Notes: generated from the letters alone by a model not told the origin. Shown: positions 12,238 to 22,266, counted from the stretch's first letter. The stretch: DNA of 64,000 nucleotides from an uncultured delta proteobacterium (GCA_963735595.1 CAVTLK010000005.1:416001-480000); one strand, 5' to 3'. A program made the numbers and translations.

Positions 12238-12398
12238 CGTTATTACGAGCCGCCTGAAAGGCGGCGCGGCAATCTCGTCGATGATCACTCGCGAAGCGGG
12301 GCGATCACTCTGTAGATCAACGTATTAAAAGAGCCGCGCCCTTGCCCCACCCGCACCGATGAGATTGCTTCGGTCGCCGAGGCTCCCTCGCAATGACG
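12238..12398. repeat. Nested palindromic REP-like element, copy 1 (gene-less)
   Basis: Ends CGTTATTACGAG / CTCGCAATGACG; inner GCAATCTCGTCGATG / CACCGATGAGATTGC. Confidence 0.9.
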
Positions 12399-12473
12399 GA
12401 TATGATTTGTCACGCTGAACCGTAACCGGTTAAGTCAAGTCACTCCACTGTACCTTCGCAGCCGTACCTCACT

Positions 12474-12628
12474 CGTCGTTGCGAGCCCCCGGAGGGGGTG
12501 CGGCAATCTCATCGGTGATCGCACGCGAAGCGGAGCGATCACTCCGTAAATCACGCGGTAAAAAACCACCCCTATGCCTACCCGCACCGATGAGATTGCT
12601 TCAGTCGTTACACTCCCTCGCAATGACG
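12474..12628. repeat. Nested palindromic REP-like element, copy 2 (gene-less)
   Basis: Ends CGTCGTTGCGAG / CTCGCAATGACG; perfect inner GCAATCTCATCGGTG / CACCGATGAGATTGC. Confidence 0.9.
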
Positions 12629-12696
12629 GGTATGGCTTTTCTGTATAGACCATATCGTAATAAGTCCGGGACCCTTTTACCAGATAGAACCTCACT

Positions 12697-13180
12697 CGTC
12701 ATTGCGAGGAGGCCGACAGGCCGACGCGGCAATCTCATAGGTGATTGCGAGCGAAGCGACGCGATCACTCCTCAATATAAGTCGTCGGAGAGATCGCGCC
12801 ATTCGGGATTGAGGCTATCGATCAACTCCTCTTTTTTCTTCCTCGAGCCGCCCTTGATCCGCTTTTCTCTCAGTATTGCGGTTTCGGCCGTCGGGAATGT
12901 CTCGCAGTAGACGAGTTTCGAGACGCGATACTTCGCGGTAAAGCCCGGGTTTATCCCTTCTTTATGCTCCTGGACACGCCGTGTTATGTTATTTGTGATT
13001 CCGGTATAGAGGACGGTGCTGCTATTATTCGTCATGATGTAGACGTAGAATTGCCTTGCCATTGGTTTTTACCCGGGAGTCTTAAAATCGGAGCAACGTC
13101 AGGTTTTTTTACTGAGCCTACGCTCTTTGCCACCCGCACCGAGGAGATTGCTTCGGTCGCTTAGCTCCCTCGCAACGACG
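12697..13180. mobile_element. REP-like element copy 3 enclosing a GIY-YIG gene (putative autonomous element)
   Basis: Left arm 12697-12771 and right arm 13131-13180 match copies 1 and 2 and bracket the nuclease gene. Mobility is inferred. Confidence 0.6.
12772..13062 (-). CDS. Small stand-alone GIY-YIG endonuclease (UPF0213/YhbQ-like)
   Basis: FYVYIM...LYTGIT, RRVQEH, AILREKRIK, NPEWRDL; catalytic Tyr/Arg/His/Glu are present. Confidence 0.95.
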   Translation of the reverse strand: MARQFYVYIMTNNSSTVLYTGITNNITRRVQEHKEGINPGFTAKYRVSKLVYCETFPTAETAILREKRIKGGSRKKKEELIDSLNPEWRDLSDDLY

Positions 13181-13224
13181 GGATCGGGCGTTGCCCAGTA
13201 CCATGTGATCTAATGAACCGGTAG

Positions 13225-14388
13225 TCACTTAATATCCCCCTCCCCAAATCCCTTCAACTGCTCAAGCACGAATTTTCTGATCTCGCCCGCTTTCGGGTAG
13301 CCTTTCAGGGCGTCTTTGGGGTGGTATTCCTTTAAGAGCGGTACCGCCTTTCCCCCGCAGTCGCACGTGGGTTTCTCTCCCCGCGGCACCGTGATGTGCC
13401 GGTTGCACTTCTCACACCGGTAGGTGTCCTTCCTCCCCGATTTCTTGCCCCGCTTTGCGAAGGGTTTTCCCTCTATATCCACGATATCAAACGAGAAATC
13501 GACGGTGGTGGCGCTCGATATCGACGTCCCCACGCCGTAGGAATCGCACAGCGGGTTCAGCTCTTTAATCGAATACTCGTCCAGCCCGCCGCTTGCCAAG
13601 AGCTTCACGTGGGAGAAACCGCGCAGGTTCAGCTCCCAGCGCACCTCCGCGAGTATTTCCTTGAAGTTCCCCCTGCGGGAACCGGGGGTATCGAGCCTGA
13701 CGCCGAAGAGGTCCTTCCCCAGCGCCTCGGCCACACTGACCGCCTCGAACTTCTCGTCGTTGAACGTATCAATCAGCACGATCCGGTTGACGGCCCTGTC
13801 GATGATCTCGTTAAACGAGGTCGCCGCCTCCACCGTATCGCCTATTAACAGAATCAGCGCATGCGGCATCGTGCCGGTGGGGGGGAGTTCCAACAGCTCG
13901 GCCGAGGCCACGGAGCTGACGCCGTCGCACCCGCCGACGTAGGCGGCCCGGTCGATCATCGGGGCGATAGCCGGGTGCATCCGGCGCGCGCCGAAGGAGA
14001 GCAGCGGCCGGTGCCCGGCGGACACCCGGCAGCGCGCGGCCATGGTGGCGATCCCCGTGGCCTGGCATAAAAACCCGAGAATCGCCGTCTCGTGGACGCC
14101 GAAGTCGGTATATTCGCCCTCGATCTCGAGGACCGGCTCTCCCGGATAGAATATCGACCCCTCGGGCAGCGCCCTGATCGTCACGTCGTGGATCGACAGG
14201 AGGTCAAGCACCTCCTCCAGCCCGCAGAAGACCCCCCACTCCCAGTTCCTCGGGAAGCCCTTGAGGAAGACCTCGGCGGCCACACGGCGTTTGATCTTCT
14301 TCGCATCGAGGACCTGCCTGGTACGGACGAAATAGATATCGGTGACCTTGCCCTGCCTGATCTCTTCTTCGGTGAGCGTATAAAACAT
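13225..14388 (-). CDS. pncB: Nicotinate phosphoribosyltransferase (archaeal/Thermoplasma-like subgroup)
   Basis: TDIYF, SFGARR.HP, GTMPHA, GVRLDTPGSRRG, C-terminal Cys cluster. Confidence 0.9.
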   Translation of the reverse strand: MFYTLTEEEIRQGKVTDIYFVRTRQVLDAKKIKRRVAAEVFLKGFPRNWEWGVFCGLEEVLDLLSIHDVTIRALPEGSIFYPGEPVLEIEGEYTDFGVHETAILGFLCQATGIATMAARCRVSAGHRPLLSFGARRMHPAIAPMIDRAAYVGGCDGVSSVASAELLELPPTGTMPHALILLIGDTVEAATSFNEIIDRAVNRIVLIDTFNDEKFEAVSVAEALGKDLFGVRLDTPGSRRGNFKEILAEVRWELNLRGFSHVKLLASGGLDEYSIKELNPLCDSYGVGTSISSATTVDFSFDIVDIEGKPFAKRGKKSGRKDTYRCEKCNRHITVPRGEKPTCDCGGKAVPLLKEYHPKDALKGYPKAGEIRKFVLEQLKGFGEGDIK

Positions 14389-14421
14389 GATGAGTCCTTT
14401 CGTGATAGACGGTGATGGCGT

Positions 14422-14450
14422 AGGATAGCGTCAGGGGGGCGTTTTGTCAA
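14422..14450 (-). promoter_or_regulatory. sigma70 promoter for pncB
   Basis: Minus strand TTGACA-17-TATCCT. Confidence 0.65.
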
Positions 14451-14513
14451 CAGACAAACGAAGGGGGACGGGTACGGGAAGACACGGGGGCGTCCGGCGG
14501 GATAGAAAGCCGG

Positions 14514-15272
14514 TTATACCGTGATCCCGATACTTAAAAGATACTCGGACAGGCGATTGAGGAGGGCGGGGTCCCGGATAAGGTCCTCGGTTATCGCGAA
14601 CTCCCGCGTCAGCGCCTCGGAAACCGTGACCGGCGAAAGGGCCGCGGCCGATTCCTTGACGGCGGAAAGCGTGCGCCCGCCGCCGCCTATTTGGGCCACG
14701 GCGTGCGCGCGCTCGACCACGGCCGCCATGAAGTCGGCCGAATCAATGATCTCGGAGACGATCCCGATCTCGCGGGCCTCTGCTGCCTGCACGACCCTTC
14801 CCGTGGCGCAAAGCTCCAGGGCGCGCGCCGTGCCCACGCGCCGGGCCAGGGGGAAGACCAGCGGGTTGATGCCGAAGTTGACCTCAACGTGGCCGAAGGA
14901 CGCCCCAGGGGCGGCCAGGATGATATCGCCTGCCAGCGCCAGGTCAAATCCGCCGGCCAGTGCGATGCCGGCGACGGCGGTGATGACGAGCTTTTTACAC
15001 CCATAGATGGCCTCGTGGAACTCGAGGATGCGGTGGCGGAACGAGCCGAATTTCGTCTGCACTGCCTCCGTCAGGTCGAAGCCCGCGCAGAAAAAACGGC
15101 CGCCACCGGAGATGACGATGACCTCAACCGAGGGGTCGGCTCCGGCGGTTGCGAGAAAGGCCTCCATCTCGTCGCGCAGGCGCACGGACAGGGCGTTGAG
15201 CGCGCGGGGGCGCGAGAGGACCGCCAGGGCGAGGGAGCCATCGCGAGATACGGCCAGATCGTGATATTCCAC
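14514..15272 (-). CDS. Enoyl-CoA hydratase/isomerase family
   Basis: RPRALNAL, FCAGFDL, ALAGGFDLALAGD, FGHVEV. Confidence 0.9.
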   Translation of the reverse strand: MEYHDLAVSRDGSLALAVLSRPRALNALSVRLRDEMEAFLATAGADPSVEVIVISGGGRFFCAGFDLTEAVQTKFGSFRHRILEFHEAIYGCKKLVITAVAGIALAGGFDLALAGDIILAAPGASFGHVEVNFGINPLVFPLARRVGTARALELCATGRVVQAAEAREIGIVSEIIDSADFMAAVVERAHAVAQIGGGGRTLSAVKESAAALSPVTVSEALTREFAITEDLIRDPALLNRLSEYLLSIGITV

Positions 15273-15344
15273 TGGCGGCCTCCTTAAGCAGTTCGGCGCG
15301 CCGGGGAGGCGCGCCGTTGCGGGTGAGTTTGAGCGTCCGGGCGG

Positions 15345-15968
15345 TTACTCCTCGAACACGAAGGGAAAGGTGAACGAGACGGCCTCGCCCGTTACGGTGG
15401 TCGGGGTGATAACGAGCTTGACACGGCCCATCGAGGCCGCAAGCCTCTGGAGATAGATGAAACCGTGAATGCGTGCCCCGGTGGTAACCGGGCCGAATCG
15501 AAAGGCCAGCGGCACCACGTCGGAGGCGTACCGGTCGTAGGGGTAGTGGTAGGGAGACCACCCCATGCCCCAGTGGTTCCATTCACTATAGCCGCCGCCC
15601 CAGAAGACCACGGGAGGGTAGGCATAGGCCGATACCGTGGCCCGGTCCACCGCTTCGGCGGGAACGACGCCGTACTGTACGTTGCCTTCGTCGTACATGA
15701 ACACCGAATCCTCGTGTATCGCGATATCCTGCCCGGTATTGTTGGAAATGGCGACGAGAAACGGGGTGAAGGCGCTGCCCACGTCCATCGGGTCATAGCG
15801 CCAGGCGTCCGCGTAAACCGATATGGTGATTGACTCCTTCGTGAGCGTGAGGCTCCTGGATCTCGCGTCGGCGATTCCCTCAGCCGTCGGTGCGGGGATG
15901 AGCGACGGGGCGCATGCCAGGAGCAGGAGCACCGCCGGGACCAGACAGAGCGCGCGTAAACGTCTCAT
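15345..15968 (-). CDS. Hypothetical lipoprotein
   Basis: AGGAG RBS, signal peptide with lipobox LLAC. The ORF track fuses it to the upstream TPR gene. Confidence 0.75.
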   Translation of the reverse strand: MRRLRALCLVPAVLLLLACAPSLIPAPTAEGIADARSRSLTLTKESITISVYADAWRYDPMDVGSAFTPFLVAISNNTGQDIAIHEDSVFMYDEGNVQYGVVPAEAVDRATVSAYAYPPVVFWGGGYSEWNHWGMGWSPYHYPYDRYASDVVPLAFRFGPVTTGARIHGFIYLQRLAASMGRVKLVITPTTVTGEAVSFTFPFVFEE

Positions 15969-15978
15969 CGTTTCACTC

Positions 15979-17819
15979 CTATTTATCCGTTGTTGTGGGG
16001 GGGGGGACCTGCGGCGGTTCGTCCTTTTTCCCGGATCAGCGCCGCCGTTGGTATCCGTGCCGGGTGTGGCGTCGTCGACAGGGGCCCCGTCCGGGGAATC
16101 CGTATCGCCGGACGAGTCTTTCGGGGAAATTGTCGCCAGCAGCTCTCGTGCCTTGCCGTTCTCGGAATCGTATTTCAAGGCCTTCTTGAGCTCTATTGCC
16201 GCCTCGGACTTCTTGCCCAGGGCGATCAGTATCTCGCCCTTGACCTGGTAGCCCCTGCTGTAGTCGCTGTAGGCCCTGAGAGAGGTGTTGACCAGGTTCA
16301 GGGCATCGTTGAGGTCTCTCGTGCGGTTCTTATTGTCCTGGCTGTCGATCGAGAGGATCAGCTCGGCGATGTCGACGTAAACCTCGTGGAGGTCGGGCTT
16401 GATCTGGATTACCTTTTTGAGGGCGGCGATCGCCTTGGCGGGCTGGTTGTCCTCCCGGTACATCGCGGCCATATTGAGGTAGGATTCATACGACGTGGGG
16501 TCGATCTCCACCGCCTTGAGATACGCCTCCTCAGCTTCGTCCCTGTCCCCCTTCTTCAGGTAGGTATCGCCGATGCCGACATACGCATCGGCGCTGCCGG
16601 CGTCCAGGTCGATGGCGTCCTTAAAGGCGTCGAGGGCCTCGGAGTATTTACCCATCGACCGGTAGATGTTGCCGAGACTGACGTAGAGCTGGGGGTCCTC
16701 CGGGGAGGCGCTGATGGCGTTCTTGAGGATGGAGAGCGTCCCTTCCGCCTTTCCGAGCTTGATCCTGTTCATGACGAGATACTTGAGGGCATCGGCGTCG
16801 GTCCCGTCGATGGACACGGCGCGGGAGAGATAGGTATCGGCCCGGCCGTATTGTTCCTCGTCGAAGTAGAGCCTGCCGAGGTTGAAGTTGGCGTCGAAAT
16901 AATTGGGCTCTATCTCGAGGGATTTCCTGAAGTTATTCTCCGCGTCGGTGAAGAGGGCCGTCTCCATGTTGATAAGCCCCAGGTCGTTATAGACCTGATA
17001 GAGCCCCGGCTCCATCTCCAGCGCCTTGTTGTACCATGCCTCGGCCTCGTCGTAGATCTCCATGAGCATGAGGCAGCGGCCCATCGCGTAGATCGGCTCC
17101 ACCCGGTCAGGATTGGACTTCATCGCCCGGCCGAAAAAGCCGATGGCTTCGTCGTACCGGCCGAGGTGAAAGTAGGTAAGCCCGAGGTTATAGTTCGCGT
17201 CGAAGCTGGACGGGCTGGATTTGACCGCGTTCAGGAAAAAGTCGCACGCGTCTTCATAGTCTTTTCGGGAAAAGCAGATCTTGCCCAGGTTGTAACAGGA
17301 GACGTAATGATTCGACTTGATCCGGGTGGCCTTCTTGAAATACTTCTCCGCCTTTTCGGTCTCTCCCTGGCGGTAGTATATCTCTCCGATGCTGCCCAGG
17401 GCGTCGTAGTTATCGGACGCGATATCCAGGATCGCATCGTACATGTCCAGCGCGTCATCCCACTGTTCGAGGTCCATATAGATACTGCCGAGGGCGGAGT
17501 AGGCGGGTATATAATCGTTGCCGTATTTTATCGCCTTCTTGAGGTACGTAACCGCGGCGTCGCTATCCAGCAAGGCATAGGATATCTCACCCATGCGGGT
17601 CAGCGACTTGTAGTCCTTGGGGTCATCCGCCAGTATCTCCTCGTAGGCGGTCCTTGACTCGATGTAGTTCTTTTCGGAGAAGAGCGCCTCGGCAGCAAGG
17701 TACTTCTTGATCAGCTCCGGATCGGTTTGTTTCTCGTCACCGCCGCATGAAAGTACCAGGGGAAAAAGGAGGGTAAAGAGAAAGAGTAGTGTAAACGGCC
17801 GGAGTCTATTTGTCTTCAA
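15979..17819 (-). CDS. TPR-repeat lipoprotein
   Basis: Lipobox VLSC and many TPR units. A 1-nt shift near 16000-16028 gives ...KDEPPQVPPPTTTDK* with TAG at 15979. Confidence 0.85.
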
Positions 17820-18004
17820 TTGTCTTCATGTCAAAAAGATTAGTTTTATTATCATATTATGATACCCCATGCTCCTTTTGTTAGTCAAGGGAAAAGAGAA
17901 AAACGCCTCCTCATTTGGCCTTGCGGGCGCCGTCGGGAAGGAGTAGTATATAGAAGATAACGAAAAACGATTGTGCACAGTCATATCAAAGGAGGGGAGA
18001 CGAG

Positions 18005-18834
18005 ATGAAGAGAAAGCCGGCGGTCGCGGGGCAGTTCTACCCCCTCAACCCGAAGACCCTCGAACGTGAGGTGTCGTCGTTCCTGGAGCCGGGCGGCCAA
18101 AGGAAACGGGCCGTTGGGGTCGTTTCTCCCCACGCGGGATACGTCTATTCGGGCGGTATCGCGGGCATGGTCTTTTCCCGGATCCAGGTGCCCCCGAGCG
18201 TCATCGTCCTCGGCCCCAATCATCGCGGAGTCGGCCGGGACGTGGCCGTTGCCGCCCGGGGCGCATGGGAGATGCCGTTTGGGGACGTTCCGATCGACGA
18301 AACCCTTGCCCGGCTGATCCTCGAATCCTCGAAGTCCGCCGTCGAAGACGAGCGGGCTCACGCCCTCGAACACTCTCTGGAGGTCCAGGTCCCTTTCATC
18401 CAGCAGGTCAGGCCCGATTTTCGCCTCGTTCCCATCGCCCTGGGGCGGCTTTCGCTGCCGGAGTGCCTGACGTTCGGTCAGGAGCTGGCCGAAGCGATCG
18501 GCCAGCACGGCGGGGACGTCCTGATCGTGGCGAGCAGCGACATGACGCACTACGAGCCGGCCCAGGCCGCGGAAAAAAAGGATCGGATGGTCATCGATCG
18601 GATGCTCCGTCTTGATCCGGACGCGGTCTACGAGACGGTTCGGGATAATCGGATCACGATGTGCGGGGTCGTCCCGGTGACGGTCATGCTTTCGGCGGCG
18701 CGCGCCCTGGGGGCAAAGAGGCCGAGCTCGTCGGCTATATGACCTCCGGGGATACGTCGGGAGATTACGGCAGCGTTGTCGGGTACGCGGGGATAATCGT
18801 TAGTAGGTATGCGAAGAACACGAAGCGCTTTTAG
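18005..18834 (+). CDS. amrB: AmmeMemoRadiSam system protein B (MEMO1 family; indel near 18715)
   Basis: RKPAVAGQFYP, PHAGYVYSG, EHSLEVQ, ASSDMTHY; YMTSGD...VVGYAG in a shifted frame. Confidence 0.92.
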
Positions 18835-18887
18835 GGGTCCGGGCGCCGTCCCGATACGGTCCGCCCGGCAGGGGCGGCGCGTGCCCG

Positions 18888-19389
18888 CTATTCCTTGACC
18901 TCGCACGGTGGCGCCGTCGGGGATTCGGCCGCGATCTGCTTCCATGGACCTGCCGGTCTTGGCGGAGTCGGGGGCTGTCTGCGAGGATGTCGTCTTCCTG
19001 CTGCCTGCCGTCCTTCATCTTCATGAGGAACCAGTTTTATCTCACCGCGTCCTTTCATGCGGATGAGGGCGAATTTCCCCACGAGCTTCGTCCCGGAAAG
19101 CTCCACCTCTATTCGGCCCGTTTCCCAGCCGGCCGGCGAGATATCCCGATAGGTTCCCCTATCCCAGACCATGACCGGGCCCGCGCCGTAGCTTCCCTCG
19201 GGGATGACGCCCTCATAGTCCGCGTACGACAGGTCGTGATCGTCCACGGCAACGGCAAGGCGCTTTTCGGAGGTAGTCATTGACGGGCCCTTGGGTATCG
19301 CCCACGACACCAGGACGCCGTCCTTTTCGAGGCGGAAATCGTAGTGGAGCCGTTTTGCGCTGGTGTTTCTGAATCACGAAAGGGGGCAT
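18888..19389 (-). CDS. Stand-alone LigD 3'-phosphoesterase domain protein (several indels)
   Basis: FVIQKH, LHYDFRLE, SWAIPKGPS, KRLAV, YGAGPVMVWDRGTY spread across frames. The 3' end is approximate. Confidence 0.85.
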
Positions 19390-19399
19390 GATCGCTCCT

Positions 19400-20317
19400 T
19401 CAGGTGACCCTGTCCCGCTTCTTGAGGAGAAGCTTGAAGGCTTCGTTCTTAACCGTTTCCCGGACACTCTGGCTCTTAGCCAGCATGGCGAGGTCCTTGA
19501 CCTGCAGGTAATTGAGCTGGGCGACGGCCAGCGGGGTGGGGGTTCGGGGATTCTTGACTATCGCAAGGCGGATCTCCGAATTCTGTATCCATTTTCTGTT
19601 TTTCGCGATCATCTCCAGGACGTCGGAAGGAGCGGCGAAATCCTTGGCAATCTGGGCAATCTCCGATTCGGTAATACGGGGATTCCTGATGATGAGACGC
19701 GCCACGGACGCGTTGAGCTCGCGCAGGAGGATCGCCCGCTCCGCCTTGTCGGCCTTCGGGGCCAGGATCATCTTGTCCTTGACGGACATATTCTTGATCT
19801 GGATGGCCTTGATCTCTATGCGTTCGGGACTCTCGGCCGATGTCGTCACCGTTGATCCTCCAGGGGCGGCGAGGTCGCTGACGTCGAGTATCGGCTCGTC
19901 GGTGGGCGGACCGAGATTGATGAGCGGCCCCGGAGGTGACGGCCGTCCGTGCCGGACAGCCTCCCGATAAAGTCCTCGAGCTCCTTTTTCATCTTGACAA
20001 AATCCAGGAACTCGAGGGCGAATCCCGATTTCAATCCCCGTTCTTCGGCCTCCCTCGTATCGATCGTCCTGACTACTTCGGCCGCCAGTATCAACCGTTT
20101 TTTCATGATCGGGCAACGTGAGGGAGACCTCGACGGGCGTCTGGATGGGAAGCGGATTACCCGATTTTATGAACATCCCGCCAAAGCTGATATTTTCCGT
20201 CCAGTCTTCCCTGAGCCGTTCGATATTCTTATACTGGATTTTTATCTTTACTACGATCGCGGGTATGGGCGCGGTTGTCGCCAAAGGGTCTTTGTCCCTT
20301 CCGGTCGGTTCTTCCAT
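19400..20317 (-). CDS. PilZ-domain protein with C-terminal helical-repeat domain (compensating indels)
   Basis: ENISFGGMFI (NxSxxG); an RxxxR motif (RAHTR) and AEVVR...GFALEF lie in neighbouring frames; C-terminal NPRIT/NPRTP repeats. Confidence 0.75.
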   Translation of the reverse strand: MEEPTGRDKDPLATTAPIPAIVVKIKIQYKNIERLREDWTENISFGGMFIKSGNPLPIQTPVEVSLTLPDHEKTVDTGGRSSQDDRYEGGRRTGIEIGIRPRVPGFCQDEKGARGLYREAVRHGRPSPPGPLINLGPPTDEPILDVSDLAAPGGSTVTTSAESPERIEIKAIQIKNMSVKDKMILAPKADKAERAILLRELNASVARLIIRNPRITESEIAQIAKDFAAPSDVLEMIAKNRKWIQNSEIRLAIVKNPRTPTPLAVAQLNYLQVKDLAMLAKSQSVRETVKNEAFKLLLKKRDRVT

Positions 20318-20421
20318 CAGGCGGTCCCCCATCGAGGTATACGGTGGCAGTATACCACCTTCGGCGCAGATCATGTCAAAATGAAATAGATGTAATCGAC
20401 CGCTATCGTCACGGTTGTATA

Positions 20422-20450
20422 TTGACATGGCCGCATCCGCTTGGTACAAT
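20422..20450 (+). promoter_or_regulatory. sigma70 promoter for receiver-glgC
   Basis: TTGACA-17-TACAAT. Confidence 0.7.
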
Positions 20451-20615
20451 TATCCGGCAGCGCAGTATCATGCCGACGACTAAGAAGAACGTATCGATCG
20501 GCGAGGCCCAGGCGTCGCCTGATATACCGACCAGCCGGTTGCTGAATCGATGAACTATTGAAAGGCCCTCTGGATGACGCGAACGCATTGTCCGGACGCC
20601 GAGCGGGGGAGATCT

Positions 20616-20984
20616 ATGGCACGGATCCTAATCGTCGATGATGATGAAAATATCAGCGCCCTCTACGAAGAGGATCTCAAGGATGAGAACTATGAAGTAG
20701 CGGTCGCGTCCAACGGCAAGGAGAGCATCGAGATGCTCAAGACCTTCGCGCCGGACCTGATTGTAATGGATATCAGGATGCCGGAGATGGACGGTATCGA
20801 GGCCCTCGGCAAGATTATCGCAATGCACAAGAATATACCGATTATCCTCAACTCGGCATACTCCTCCTACAAGGATGACTTCAGGAGCTGGGGGGCGGAC
20901 GCCTACGTGGTCAAATCGTCGGATACCGGCGCTCTCAAAGAAAAGATCAAAGAGATCCTGGACCGAGCGGGCCAGGGGAAGTAG
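20616..20984 (+). CDS. Single-domain response regulator
   Basis: ILIVDDD, DLIVMDIRMPEMDG, GADAYVVK. Confidence 0.93.
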   Translation: MARILIVDDDENISALYEEDLKDENYEVAVASNGKESIEMLKTFAPDLIVMDIRMPEMDGIEALGKIIAMHKNIPIILNSAYSSYKDDFRSWGADAYVVKSSDTGALKEKIKEILDRAGQGK

Positions 20985-22190
20985 ATGAAAATACTGGCCG
21001 TGATCCTGGCGGGGGGGAAGGGGGAGCGGCTCTATCCCCTGACGCGGGACAGGGCCAAGCCCGGCGTCCCCTTTGCCGCTAACTACCGAATCATTGATTT
21101 TACACTGTCCAACTGCGCCAATTCAGACCTGAGAAAGATCGTTCTTCTTACCCAGTACAAATCCTTTTCGCTTGACCGGCACATCCAGCGGGGGTGGAGC
21201 TTTTTCTCCCACCAGATGGGCGAGTATGTCCAGATCGTCCCCGCCCAACAGCGGATCAGTGAAGACTGGTATCAGGGAACGGCCGACGCGGTCTATCAGA
21301 ATATATATATCCTCGAGCAGGAGCGTCCCGATCTCACGCTGGTCCTTTCGGGAGATCACGTCTACCGGATGGACTACCGTAAGCTTATTGCGTCACACCT
21401 GAAGAACGGTGCCGACCTGACCATCGGGGCAATCCCCATGCCGAGAGAGACCTCCACCCAGTTCGGGGTGATGATCGTCGACGAGGACTTCAGGATTACC
21501 GGTTTCCAGGAAAAACCGGAAGACCCGGCGACCATCCCCGGGAAACCCGATCAGATATTGGCCTCGATGGGCATCTACGTCTTCAATACGAGAAACCTCG
21601 TGGTCCGGCTGATGGAGGACGCCAAGCTCTCCGAGAGCTCCCACGATTTCGGCAAGAACGTTATCCCGGCGATGATCGGACGTGATAGGGTCTTTGCCTT
21701 TCCGTTTGTCGACGAGGAAACGAAATGCGCCGCCTACTGGAGGGACGTCGGCACGATCGAGGCATACTGGGAAGCCCATATGAACCTGATATCGAAAAAC
21801 CCGGAGTTTCCCCTCATCGACCGCTCCTGGCCGATCTATACCTATGAGCCGCCCCTGGCGCCGGCCCATATCATCTCCGCCGGCACTCCCGGCGAAGGGA
21901 TCAGGAACTCGATTATATCCGGCGGGACGCAGATAGTCGGGGCCCGGGTGGATGATTCGATCATCGGAAGAAACGTCACGATCCTCGAGGGATGTGAAAT
22001 CTCGCAGTGTATCATCATGGATGACGTGGAAATCAACCGGAACGTCCGGCTGAAAAAGACCATTATCGATAAGCGGGTGGTCATCCCCGAGGGGATGACC
22101 ATCGGCCATGATAACGCCGCCGACGCGGCTCACTTCGACACCAGCCCCACCGGCATCGTGGTAATCCCCAAACGAATGCGCTTTGAATGA
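20985..22190 (+). CDS. glgC: Glucose-1-phosphate adenylyltransferase
   Basis: LAGGKGERLYPLT..RAKP, WYQGTADA, GDHVYRMDY, YWRDVGT. Confidence 0.96.
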   Translation: MKILAVILAGGKGERLYPLTRDRAKPGVPFAANYRIIDFTLSNCANSDLRKIVLLTQYKSFSLDRHIQRGWSFFSHQMGEYVQIVPAQQRISEDWYQGTADAVYQNIYILEQERPDLTLVLSGDHVYRMDYRKLIASHLKNGADLTIGAIPMPRETSTQFGVMIVDEDFRITGFQEKPEDPATIPGKPDQILASMGIYVFNTRNLVVRLMEDAKLSESSHDFGKNVIPAMIGRDRVFAFPFVDEETKCAAYWRDVGTIEAYWEAHMNLISKNPEFPLIDRSWPIYTYEPPLAPAHIISAGTPGEGIRNSIISGGTQIVGARVDDSIIGRNVTILEGCEISQCIIMDDVEINRNVRLKKTIIDKRVVIPEGMTIGHDNAADAAHFDTSPTGIVVIPKRMRFE

Positions 22191-22266
22191 TGCGTGGTAC
22201 CCGCTATAACGCCGCAGGAGCGGGACGGCCGACCAGGCAAAACACCGCTTTCGGGAGACCGGACTC

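Noticed and set aside
12435..12910. ORFs of 86 and 143 aa over the repeats
   Set aside because: Translations of the palindromic elements with no protein-like features.
12238..13180. Classical IS element or CRISPR
   Set aside because: No DDE/HUH transposase, no target duplication seen, and linkers are mutually homologous.
15990..17657. 555-aa plus-strand ORF and similar long antisense ORFs
   Set aside because: Expected antisense artefacts of high-GC codon usage opposite well-supported genes.
15345..17819. 824-aa TPR-lipoprotein fusion in the ORF track
   Set aside because: An internal RBS, signal peptide and lipobox at 15968 plus a clean alternative-frame stop indicate two genes joined by a homopolymer indel.
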